Shown piece by piece: positions 1 through 11,420 of a DNA stretch of 64,000 bases. Under the pieces are notes generated by a model, which was not told the origin of the DNA, ran no database searches, and saw only the letters and a program-made list of their open reading frames with translations. The position numbers and the translations under genes were made by a program. The stretch is from Geosiphon pyriformis uo1. Taxonomy: Eukaryota > Fungi > Glomeromycota. The stretch covers positions 551,684 through 615,683 of the forward strand of contig JAAOMT010000620.1 of assembly GCA_016748015.1 (NCBI GenBank), given 5' to 3'. Numbering within the stretch: position 1 is the first letter of the stretch; every line of letters begins with the position of its first letter.

Positions 1-286
1 GTAATTTTTGTTGAAATATATTACTGTGAATAACTCCAATTTCTAAATTATTTAATAAAATTATGAGGTAATTATTGGGGTTGTAAAAAGTAACTCGGAC
101 TTTCTTTGTTCCTTCTGGAATATAAATGTTTGGGATCAAAATATTATGTTCCAAGCAGACTTGTTTATTGGACTCAAAAATTTGTTGTGTGGTTGTTGAC
201 TTTGGGCAGGTGTAGATTTCCAGATGTTTTCCAAAGGGTGAGATAGTAATTGGTTGTGGAAGTCTGAAAATCTGGTAGGATTTGTT

Positions 287-2842
287 CTATGTGTTAAGAG
301 CTATATTAACTAGAACTGTGAATCTTCCAGTTGAACCAAAACCTTGGGTTCCTCTATCGCTTTTTCCTAATTGTTCTCTTTGATTGACTAGTTGCAAACC
401 CGAAATGTTGATTAAGGGTAGGTAAATAGCTTGGGCAATTTTTTCAGCATGTTCGATCTTGAATGGTTTGTCAGTTTCATTTTGAAGCATTACTGTTATG
501 TCTCCAGTATATCCAGCATCGATTATTCCTCCTTTGATATTGATTCCTTTGCTTGCCAGAGAGGACCGGGAGGCGATTTGAACCATTGCTCCTGGCGGGA
601 TTTCGAGTGCAATTTTGAGGTTGATTTTTGTGAGAGATTTGGGTTTGAGAACAAGAGTATTCTTGCCTGGATATCTTAGGTTATATCCAGCATCAATTTC
701 GTGTGCTTTTTTGGGTTTTATTCCTTGTCTGTTGTTGTTGAAGTATTTAAGTTGTAAGGCAGGCTGATTTTCAATAAGGTAGATGGGTGTTGTTTCAATT
801 TCTTCCGTTTCTTCCAGTTCTCCGAATTCAATTTCATTCTCATCATTTTCGCTGGGCAAGGGGATACTAAGAGCATAGCATTCAGGACACCATTGTTCAT
901 TGCAAGGCATAATGCATTTTTCACATAGCCTAATGTTCATTTGCTCTAATTGTTGAATTTGAGCTTCTTGGGTCAGGTAGGTATGACTTGCAATTTAATG
1001 GTAGACTTCTACTTTATCTTCATAATCGAATCCAGCTAATTCCATAGTGTATTCAATGTATTCTGCTTCCTTCATTTGATGAACATCTTCTTTGGTAGCT
1101 CTATTAATTAGTGCCATTGCTAAGTCGAAAATCATCTCGGCATCATGAGGGTAGTGATAAAGTTTGTTGAGAGCACTATTGTATGCTGGATTAAAGGGTG
1201 TTCCTCTTTTTACTTTTTCTGAAATTGATAAAGCATATTGGCAGGTCTGATTGCAGACGCCTCCTTTCATTGCTACATCAATCCAATTGCATTCTTCTGG
1301 TAGCATCTCTCCACAAGTCAAACAAGGAGTGTTGTTCCATTTTCCGCTTCTTTTTATTAGATGGCCCTATTGCTCTCTGTGGCAAGCCTTGCAATAATAA
1401 CAAGTATGATTTTCATATTCTTCTTTAGATGAAATGCAGGCTCCTATTGATGATAGTTTCTTGTGGTAGTCCTTACATTTAAGGGGAATATAGGGGTGTT
1501 GTTTTCTTAGTTTGGGTTTTGAGTAAGGTATATTCCATCCAGAGGTTTCAGGTTTAGTGTGTGGGGTAAAATGTTCTTGTTCTGTTTCATTGGCCCAGTT
1601 GGACGTTGATCCAAGAGCCATGAATGTTTCGATTATTGGTTTTTCTTCTTCTGGTTTAAATTCAAAAGCCGGGGCTTTTTCAGAGCATTTGTTGAATGTA
1701 CCACAAATGGCAGGTACCCGGGCATGTTGTTCTTGGTAGGAGATTGTTAACTCTTGTGTTTCCCAATTCAGATTAGCATTGGCTTTTTGAAGCCAATCAT
1801 TTCTGACGAAAGCTTGGTACTGGGGTGCGTCCATTACAAGAACTTTGACTGGAATAGTGATTCCATCAAGAGTGAATAGAAAATTGTCAATTTTTCCTAC
1901 TGGAATTTTTTTCATGCCATCAGCAGTGATGATTACTGTTTGAGCTGGTCGGTCAACATTTCTTTTCAACTGTTGCATTAACTGGTAGATAATAATGCTT
2001 CTGGCGGATCCACTGTTTAGGATCAAGTGAATTGGCTTTTCTTCTACTTCAGCTTCTGTGTACATTGCAGTGATGGCTTTTTGCTCATTAGCCGCTGCAT
2101 TGCTAAGCAAGAATGGTGATTCATTTGCTTCAAATTCAAAAGGAAAGATATTAAAGAGATTGGCGTTTTCAGCAATTCGGGCTGATGGAATAGTGGTGTG
2201 GTTATGAGAAGAGTTTCGTTGTTGTTGTACTGCAGCTCTACCTTCTGAGAGTGCAGTATGGTGAAAATCCTGTTCTTCCGGCATTGTTAAATAACTGGGT
2301 TGAGTGTAATAATGGTTGGGTCTTGGTTGAGTGGTATTTCGGGGAACCAATTGGTTGTTCGAACTGATTCTATTGTTGTTTACTTGGTATCAGTTTTGTG
2401 GTGTGAATTGATTTTGTGTAATCAGCCTTCGAGCAGGTACTTGATAATGTTGTGTGGGTGGTTGTTGGTATTGCTGTTGGATTGGCTGTAGAGTGGGCTG
2501 ATAATAGTTATTTTGGTATTGGGGTCTTGGTGGATAGTAAGCTGGTGGTGATGGTTGATAATAAGATTGCTGTGGTGGAGAGTAACGTTAATTACCCCTA
2601 TTTTGTTGGTCTCATTACAGCTTTCTGCAATCTCTTTTCCAGTGGCCAGAGATTCCACAGTAATGGCAATTCTGGGGCTGGTTATTGGAAAGTGGTGCAA
2701 AGTTATTTTGATTTCGTCTTTGGGGTAGTTGATATCTTTGGGGTTGTTGTTGTTGTTGGTTGGTAAAATAGTTTTCGACCTTCTTTGTGAGTTGGTCAAT
2801 TTTTTCCTCAGCTGCTGAGCTGGTTTTTCCAATTGCCAAATT
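287..2842 (-). pseudogene. gag C-terminus (CCHC) - aspartic protease - Cys-rich domain - dUTPase polyprotein, broken by in-frame stops
   Basis: ORFs ending at 2615, 1367, 995 and 287 share one frame. Motifs: CHYCGISGHWKRDC; LILNSGSARS (D-S-G site, D>N); dUTPase AGYNL, RSS, GIIDAGYTG, KIAQ, RGTQGFGSTG. Confidence 0.92.
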
Positions 2843-3832
2843 NNNNNNNNNNNNNNNNNNNNNNNNNNNNNNNNNNNNNNNNNNNNNNNNNNNNNNNNNN
2901 NNNNNNNNNNNNNNNNNNNNNNNNNNNNNNNNNNNNNNNNNNNNNNNNNNNNNNNNNNNNNNNNNNNNNNNNNNNNNNNNNNNNNNNNNNNNNNNNNNNN
3001 NNNNNNNNNNNNNNNNNNNNNNNNNNNNNNNNNNNNNNNNNNNNNNNNNNNNNNNNNNNNNNNNNNNNNNNNNNNNNNNNNNNNNNNNNNNNNNNNNNNN
3101 NNNNNNNNNNNNNNNNNNNNNNNNNNNNNNNNNNNNNNNNNNNNNNNNNNNNNNNNNNNNNNNNNNNNNNNNNNNNNNNNNNNNNNNNNNNNNNNNNNNN
3201 NNNNNNNNNNNNNNNNNNNNNNNNNNNNNNNNNNNNNNNNNNNNNNNNNNNNNNNNNNNNNNNNNNNNNNNNNNNNNNNNNNNNNNNNNNNNNNNNNNNN
3301 NNNNNNNNNNNNNNNNNNNNNNNNNNNNNNNNNNNNNNNNNNNNNNNNNNNNNNNNNNNNNNNNNNNNNNNNNNNNNNNNNNNNNNNNNNNNNNNNNNNN
3401 NNNNNNNNNNNNNNNNNNNNNNNNNNNNNNNNNNNNNNNNNNNNNNNNNNNNNNNNNNNNNNNNNNNNNNNNNNNNNNNNNNNNNNNNNNNNNNNNNNNN
3501 NNNNNNNNNNNNNNNNNNNNNNNNNNNNNNNNNNNNNNNNNNNNNNNNNNNNNNNNNNNNNNNNNNNNNNNNNNNNNNNNNNNNNNNNNNNNNNNNNNNN
3601 NNNNNNNNNNNNNNNNNNNNNNNNNNNNNNNNNNNNNNNNNNNNNNNNNNNNNNNNNNNNNNNNNNNNNNNNNNNNNNNNNNNNNNNNNNNNNNNNNNNN
3701 NNNNNNNNNNNNNNNNNNNNNNNNNNNNNNNNNNNNNNNNNNNNNNNNNNNNNNNNNNNNNNNNNNNNNNNNNNNNNNNNNNNNNNNNNNNNNNNNNNNN
3801 NNNNNNNNNNNNNNNNNNNNNNNNNNNNNNNN
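2843..3832. other. Assembly gap (990 N)
   Basis: Run of N. Confidence 1.
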
Positions 3833-4550
3833 GAAAGTCAACTCTTCTACAGGAATCTCGTCTGTAGGCTATCCTAATGATTGTAATAAGAAAAGAAAAG
3901 AAAAATAAAAGAAGTGTAAAAGAAATAGAATTTTATCAAGAGAAATGTTTTCTATCTAGGCCTGGAGTCACTAACAGTTTACTGAAATTGGTAGCTAATC
4001 AATTTCGAAATGTTAGTTGGGTTTTGGGGATTTTCCAAGTACAATAATTAAAGAATTTGGTTTTTCAAATTATTTGATATTTATTTCTTTTTGTGTGTAT
4101 AGGAACAGTTTTTAAGAAATAAATCTAAAGTAAGATACATTTTCTCGAAGAGAAAAGCTCTTCTTTTATACAACTTGTCATAACACTATTCTATGAACTT
4201 GAACTTTGCTATTTTCTACAATTTCACTGAACTAAAGATACATTTTGGCAAACTACAAGTTATTTCTGCGAACTATTAGATATTTCGGTGAACTATCCAT
4301 TATTTCAGCAAATTTCTATAAATTTCAGTGAACTTTGAATGTTACATAGTTTGAGGTATTGCATGATTGATCATCGCAATTAGGTTACATTTGTATTATA
4401 TACAATTTGGGTTATTAATTAAATGATAATTTCGGACATTCTTTGCTAATGTAATGAGTGATAATTTGAAATGATAATATATGCTAATTAATGATAGGAA
4501 TTATGAGATAATTTCATGCTAAATGATATCTCTAATTTTGTCTGGTAACA
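3833..4550 (-). repeat. LTR (subtype A), truncated by the gap
   Basis: Near-identical reverse complement of about 16822-17545; ends TCTGGTAACA on the + strand. Confidence 0.95.
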
Positions 4551-5140
4551 ATGTTAAGAGCAAAAAACTTTCTAACAGACACTTTAACTTGAAATTTGAC
4601 AATCTTTGAGTTGACTCACTTTTTTTCAAGAAAGATTTTAAGAGAAAGAAAAAGAGGCCCATCATCTTCATCTATGCCATAATTAATTGAGCCAAAAGGA
4701 GAGCCACAAACCAGGTTTGTAATCACTTTTTTCACTTTAGAGATGTTTGTCACTGAACCAAGAAAAAAATTATTATCAACACTAAAAGAAACATCATTAT
4801 CCCCATTATCACCAAATACACTGTCCATATCTGAATACACACCATGACTAAGATCAGGTTTGACCAGAGAGATATTTTTTTTATCTCCAGAATGCTTGAC
4901 ATTACCAACAGAAATCCTTTTCTTTTGAGAGAAAAAACCCCCAACAGGACCATGAAAAACCTCTATAGGTGCCTTCTTCTTAGACATAGTACCACCTGAA
5001 GCAGCAGCCAAATTCATCACAAAAGGATTATTTAATTAAAAAATGTTTGCAAGAGATAGCAAAAAAAAATAAAAACTTTTTTTTCAAAAAAATTGCTTTT
5101 TGGGGTTTTTTGAAAGTAAGAAAGAAAGAAGTTTTTTTTT
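4551..5140 (-). mobile_element. 5' end of a LINE (ORF1 N-terminus), interrupted by the Gypsy LTR
   Basis: ORF 4616-5020 ends with GSPFGSINYGIDEDD...L, matching GKPLGVIDYDTVDTEDD of LINE ORF1 at 11421. The sequence breaks exactly at the LTR edge. Confidence 0.75.
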
Positions 5141-5199
5141 ATAATAACAAATTTTATTTTAACTAATAAATACTTTGTTTATAATAAATTAAATTAAAA

Positions 5200-7690
5200 T
5201 AATACAAAATTAATTCTAAATTTATTGCTAAAACTGGCAAAATTAAAACTCAAACTGGTTTAATTTTATATTTAATAAATAAAATTTTTATTAATAATGT
5301 AATTTAAATTAAAAATAATCAAGTTATTATTTAAAATATTTTTAATATTACAAGTAAATTTTTTAAATTAATAATATTTTTATTAATAAAAACAAATTAT
5401 GACTATTTTTATTAATTAAAAAATCTAAATTTTTTTTTAAACATTAGTAAATTTTTAATTTTAATAATTAAAAAAAAAGTTATATAAATATCTTAATATT
5501 TATTTATTTATTTATTTATTAATAGTTATTTTAAGTCTAATTTAATTAAAACATATTTAAAGATTAAATTTTTTGAAACAAAATTTTAAAAAACCTATTT
5601 TAGAATATAAATTTCATTATTTAGTTTTAGTAATTTTATAGTTTATTATAAATTATAAATCTTAATTCAGCTTTATTTTAAAAAGTTTGTATAATAAATA
5701 AAGCATTATTATTAAAAAAAACTTAAAATTAAAAACTAAACTGCTTAAAAAATTTCTTAATAAAGTTATATTAACTTTTTTTATAATTTAAAAACATTTA
5801 AGTAAGTATAAATTGAAAATAAAATGGTTTTTGTAATTGTTTTTTCAAATATAAAATATATTTTAAGTAAATTTTTTAATTATTAAAGTTTGAATTTATA
5901 AATACTTAATTAAATATTAAAATATTTTTTATAATATTTTGTTAAATTAAAAATTAACTTTAAAAACGATTTTTTAATTAGTATTACTAAGATTTTTTTT
6001 AAATTATAAAATTTTTTTATTAAAATATGCTTAATATATTTTATTTTATTAATAATATATTAATTGTTTTAAATATTTTTGCTTTTTATAATATTTTTAT
6101 TCTTTAAAAAAAATTGAAATTGTATTTATTAAACAGTTATTAAACAAAAGTAATATGTAATTAAAACTATTTTTATTGTTAAAAAACTAGGTTTCAAAAA
6201 TTTTATATATAGATAATTGATTTTTTAAATTAAAAAATATTTAATAATATTAGTTTATTATAATTTTGTCTTAATAATATGTATAAATTAATTAATTTTA
6301 TTGTTATTAATACAAATTTAATAAATAAAAAACTAAATATTATAAATATATTTATTAATAATTCTTTGAGATTACTAAATATATTTATTTTAAACAGTAA
6401 AATAATTATATTTTTTATATTTTAATTTAAATATTGGTATTAAAATATTAAGTTTAGTTTTTTTAAAATTAAATAAACTATAAACAATTATATTAGTTTT
6501 AAAATATGTTTTTTCAGTTTTGTGATAATTAAATTAGATAATTAAGTAGTTTTAAATATTTATATATATAAAATAAGTTTAATATTATTAAATTTTCATA
6601 ATTGTTATTAATTTAAAAAATATTATATTAATAATATTATATATATATATAATTTAAGTATTATTTAATTTAAGATTAAAAGTTATTTAAATGTTTTTAA
6701 AAATAATTGTATTAATAATTTGATTAATAAAACTGTTTTTTCTGGTTTTTTATTTTTAATTTATATTAAATAAAATTTATTTTGGCTAATAATATAATTA
6801 TGTTTAATAATATTTATTATTTTGTTTATAATATTTTTAAAATTATTTATTATGTTTATTAAAAAGTTAAGTCTAATATTTAAGTTGTTAATAATAATTT
6901 GTTTAATAATATTAATAAGGTTTGTATTTTTTTAATAACTTATATATAATTGTTAATTTTATAAATAAATTCCTAATTAATTTATAAACATATATTATAA
7001 AAACAGTTTACAAAAAACTATTAGTTATTATTTAAAAAACTATATAATAAATATTATTTTAATGTTTTATGTATCTATTATAATAATATGAAATTTTTAG
7101 ATTATATTTTATATATATAATAAATGTAATTATTTATAAAGCTTTGTTTAATTTTTATGTTTTTTGTAAAAATTTTTATTTGGTGCTGATAATTTATTAT
7201 TTTTTGTATTATGTTTATTTTTATTAAGTATTTATAATATTATTATATATATAATTTTATATAAGAAATTAATTTTTAAAAACTGGTTATTTAAAACTCA
7301 ATTATTTTTTAAAAACAATAAAACTGTTGTTTTTAAGTTAATTATATTTATGTATAATATTATAATCAATTATTAAATAAATATTTAGATAATTAGATTT
7401 AATTATAAAATAGTTATAAAAAACATAATATTTTAATAAATAATAATTTTGTGTTTTTTGTTATTTGTAATTTGGTTTTATTATTTTTGAATAATATTGT
7501 ATATATGTTTATTATGTTTATTTTATTCTAATATAAATTGTAATATTACTATAAAAATAGATTTATAATATTGATTTAATTAGTTTAAGTAATTAGTTAC
7601 ATATAAAAAATATGTAATTTATATTTGTTTTAAAATACTTAATTATTGTATTATACTAAATAATATTTGTTAATTAATAAAAAAAATTAT
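5200..7690 (+). mobile_element. Hypermutated LINE relic (3' part of ORF2, 3' tail, poly-A)
   Basis: 7559-7630 aligns without gaps to the LINE tail at 21152-21225, almost only by C>T/G>A changes; A-run near 7680. Left boundary approximate. Confidence 0.7.
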
Positions 7691-8785
7691 TTTAATTTAT
7701 TATTATGTGTAAAAATAATTAATAATTTTACTAATATTATTAATATTTTTTTTAATAGTAAAAAGTTTTTTATATAATATTTAAAATAAAAAACATTATT
7801 AATTTTATAATTAAAACAACCAAAAAATTAATTTAAAAAAACAATAAAATTAATAATAAAAACAAAAAAAAAGTTAGAACAACTGTTTTGGCATAAAACT
7901 TTATATTAATAAAATAATTTATAAAAATCTTAAAACTAATCACAAATTTTAATAAAAACTTAAAAATATAAATATTTAATACTTAAAAGTTAAATAATTT
8001 AAATTTTAATCTTTAAAACAATATTAAAAGATTTTTATTAAATAAAATTTCTTTTTAAAATATTAATTTTAATAATATTATTATCTAATTTAGCTTAAAA
8101 ATTAAAAAAATAATACCATATTTTAATTATTAAGTAAAAATAAAAAATAAAAAACAAATATAATTATTATTAATAATAAAATTATAAATCTTGAAAATTT
8201 TTTATTAATAATAATATATATATAGATACATAAAAAAGCAATAAATTATAACAATAATATTTTAAAAACAAAAAAAACATTATTATTGTTTGTTTTTAGA
8301 TAAAAATTAGCTTATTATAAATATTTATAATTAAATTTTATTAAAAACACAAAAAACAAAATCAAATTAAAACCAAAACTATATTATCAAAGTTAAACCA
8401 AATTTTTTTTATTTAATTATTAAAATTATAATATTTAAAAACTTAAATTTAAAAAACAATTATATAAAAAAAACTATAATTAAATAATAAAATAATTAAA
8501 AATAATTATAAAAACAATATTTTTAAACAATATAACAATTTTTATTACTTGTTTAATATTATAATTAAAAAAAATCAAATACTAAAATTAATAATTTAAT
8601 AAAACAAAACATAATAAAAATATTTATTTAAGAATAACAAATTTATTATATTTTAAGTTTTTACATATTTTAAATATGTAATTATTGTTTAAAAATAATT
8701 GTCAAAAATATAAATAATAAATTTGTTTTAATAATATTAATATATTAATATGTAATTATATTTTAAAAAAGCAATAATTTTATAT

Positions 8786-11077
8786 AAAGAAATAAATAAC
8801 TCTTTGTCTCCTTAATTTTATGATCATGACTAGAGCAAAGAGTAAAAGAGTTGCACCTGATATTTGTTCTGAGATATCTAATAAAATTTCAACCAGAGAA
8901 GCTCTCTCTGTTGTAAAAGCAACTAGGCAAAACGTTTTAGAAGCCTTCCCTCTACTCAGTAATCGTGATAAGCTGCCTTTGATAGTCACTGAAGCAACTT
9001 TCTCATCTTTGGCTGGTTTTTCACCAGTCAAAGTCCCTTCAAAGAGACACACCTGAGTTAGTCCCAGTGTTGCCTCCACCCCAACCAAGAGCCCAAAAGT
9101 TTTTAATAATAGACCAGTGAATAAGCTGGTCTTCTCTTCTATAGATTCAACATTTGGTGCTTCTAGCACTATCTTTTTAAAAAAATGGTCAAAAAGACCA
9201 GAAGTTCAGAAAAGTGGGGGCAGTCATTTGCCTCTGCTATTGTTATACCGAACCCCTTTGTGGTTCCCAATGAGATCTTAGATAAGATTTCCATAGTATC
9301 ATCCAGCATGTTATCCAAGATGGGCCAAGATCAACCACTGGCTGTGTTGCCAAATGTGGTGTCTTTTGGCAGATTTTTACCAGTTTTAGAAGCAAAACAA
9401 TCTTTTTCTGTTGGATCATCTGTTCTTGGGAACTGGGCTGATCAAATGGAAACTGATTCATCTTCTTCTTTAGTTTCTGGTACTACTTCTGGTGATGCTT
9501 GGGAAACTATTACTAGTCATCAAAGGTTTGCTGGATGGGTGGTCTTCACTCTGGTGTCTGGTACTACTTTTAGGATCAAATTGGTTCATGTTAAGGCTGT
9601 TTTTCAGTCTGTGCATGGTTTCTTGGGTGCTAAATCTGTTTTAAAAGACAATGTGAAGTTTTTTTGTATGGAGTTTGCTTCTCAACAATTTTTGAAAGCT
9701 GCGTTTCTGGTTGAGCTTACAAGCTCTGTTTGTTTGGCCACTCTTAAAATTGCCAAGTCTTTGGTGGTTTCTGAATCTGGTTCCTCTCCTACTGCTATTG
9801 CACTGCATGATGTGTCTTTGGGTGTGTCTGCTGCTGACATTAAGTTGGCTCTCAGTGTGTTTGGTAGTGTCGCTCGTGTTGTGCTGAAGCCTGCTGGCAT
9901 TTGGCAGTACATGGTGGTTTATTTTGAAAAGTTGGACTCTGTTGTGTCTGCCTTGAAGCATTGGTCAGTCTTGATGGGCAAGAATAGTGTTAGAATTCTC
10001 CCTCTGGTAAATCAAAATGAGACTATTTTGTCTCATAATAAGTTTAAGGCCAAATTGGTCAACCTTCCCCCTAGTTGTACTGTCTTTGAAATCAGTGATA
10101 TGATTTCTCAGATTGGTCAAACATGTTTCATCCCTCATTCTCCTGATTCTGGTTGTCATTTCCAGTTTGTTTTGGTTACATTTGACTCTCAAGGCGATTT
10201 GGATTTTGCTGTAGTCAAGACTGGTACTCTAAGAAAATGCCGTATCTGGTGGGAAACTCCTGGCTGCCGGCGCTGCTTTAGGTGTCAAGAAATGGGCCAT
10301 CTGGCTGTGAATTGCAAGATTTCTCCACCTCCCACTCCCAAGGTTCCCAAGGTTTTCAAGTCTTATTTTGTGGGTTCTACTTTATATGCCAAGACTGCTG
10401 TTTCTTCTGGTCTTTCTGAGTTTCCTCCTTTGGTGGCTCTTTTGGCTGCTTCTGTTGCTGATCCTGCTGTTGGTTCTAGATTAGACTCTTTGGAAAAGCA
10501 GATTTCGGATTTGGCTGCTCTGGTTAAGTCTATTGTTGAGCCTGTTGGTTCTTTGGTTGCTTTGGTATCTCGTCTTCTTGATAATAATGCTGCTAAGGCT
10601 GTTCAGGTCGAGAAGGATCTTATTTCTATGAAAAGTGCTGCTAACAATTTTTCTAACCTCTTGGTTGGGGTCTCCAAAGACATTGCTTGTCTTAGATCTG
10701 AGGTTGACTTTGGTGATATGGATTATGATGGTATGCTGGCTGCTAAGCCTTCCTTTTTAAGTAAGGACACTATTGAGTGTGTTATTGCTTTGTGGTATAT
10801 GTCTGGTGCTAAAACCAGAAGCAATATTGAGTCTACTAGATTGTTTCTTAGTGAGTTTATTTTTGACTCTAGGAATTTGAATAGTATCATTGAAAGAATT
10901 TGTGAGTTAGGATTATTCTTACCTATTTTTGATTCAGCATAGTGAGTCCTTGATTGGGCCAAGTGTCTGATCACGTGTAGAAAACGCATGATTTACACCT
11001 ATAATATAATCCCTTATGTGGTATCATAGTTTTAGGTAGTATTTGGGTCTCGCTCATTAAAATATAATAAAAAAAAA
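8786..11077 (+). mobile_element. ORF1-only non-autonomous non-LTR retroelement
   Basis: LINE ORF1-like frame followed directly by the LINE-type 3' tail and poly-A (11069-11077), with no ORF2. Candidate TSD AATTTTATAT at 8776-8785 and 11076-11085. Confidence 0.8.
9185..10942 (+). CDS. LINE ORF1-like protein (RRM-like region, CCHC knuckle, coiled coil), 585 aa; ancestral start probably near 8820-8826
   Basis: CFRCQEMGHLAVNC knuckle. GIWQYMVVYFE...WSVLMGKNSVRI parallels GLWQKAIIELE...WSILIGKDAVRV of the neighbouring LINE ORF1. Heptad-like RLDSLEKQISDLAALVKS. Confidence 0.8.
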   Translation: MVKKTRSSEKWGQSFASAIVIPNPFVVPNEILDKISIVSSSMLSKMGQDQPLAVLPNVVSFGRFLPVLEAKQSFSVGSSVLGNWADQMETDSSSSLVSGTTSGDAWETITSHQRFAGWVVFTLVSGTTFRIKLVHVKAVFQSVHGFLGAKSVLKDNVKFFCMEFASQQFLKAAFLVELTSSVCLATLKIAKSLVVSESGSSPTAIALHDVSLGVSAADIKLALSVFGSVARVVLKPAGIWQYMVVYFEKLDSVVSALKHWSVLMGKNSVRILPLVNQNETILSHNKFKAKLVNLPPSCTVFEISDMISQIGQTCFIPHSPDSGCHFQFVLVTFDSQGDLDFAVVKTGTLRKCRIWWETPGCRRCFRCQEMGHLAVNCKISPPPTPKVPKVFKSYFVGSTLYAKTAVSSGLSEFPPLVALLAASVADPAVGSRLDSLEKQISDLAALVKSIVEPVGSLVALVSRLLDNNAAKAVQVEKDLISMKSAANNFSNLLVGVSKDIACLRSEVDFGDMDYDGMLAAKPSFLSKDTIECVIALWYMSGAKTRSNIESTRLFLSEFIFDSRNLNSIIERICELGLFLPIFDSA

Positions 11078-11420
11078 TTTTATATTAAAACAACTTTTAT
11101 TATAGTTTTATAATAAAAAATTGGTTTTTTTAAGTTTTAAATACTTGTTATTAATATTTTAAATATGTTTAATACTTATTATTAATATCTTAAATTTTTT
11201 TATAATTTTTTATATATTTATTATTAATATTTTAAATTGGTAACAAGTCTGGTTCAAGTTTAATTTAAAGTTATATAAAAAAAAACTTCTTTCTCTCCTT
11301 TGTCTAAAAATCCCAAAAAAAAGTCTATAGTTTTTTCGAAAAAAGTTTTTTACCATTCAGTATGATAAATCAAAACCATTTTTTGATTACAAGGCTACTG
11401 TTGGCTCTGTTATTGCTATT

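Larger units (their letters stand above)
1..4550 (-). mobile_element. Ty3/Gypsy LTR retrotransposon, copy 1 (5' part; 3' end outside window; contains assembly gap)
   Basis: Minus-strand LTR starting TGTTACCAG at 4550. Gag CCHC knuckle, protease, Cys-rich region and dUTPase are colinear with 41620-45370. Linkage of LTR and coding part across the N gap is inferred. Confidence 0.88.

Noticed and set aside
2615-3908. Long ORFs of X residues
   Set aside because: Artefacts of the N gap.
5200-8780. Organellar insertion or simple low-complexity/centromeric DNA
   Set aside because: Part of it aligns to the LINE 3' end by transitions, and no organellar genes are recognisable.
9243-10989. Antisense ORFs over retroelement coding regions (also those over KGD1)
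   Set aside because: Short shadow frames with no motifs.
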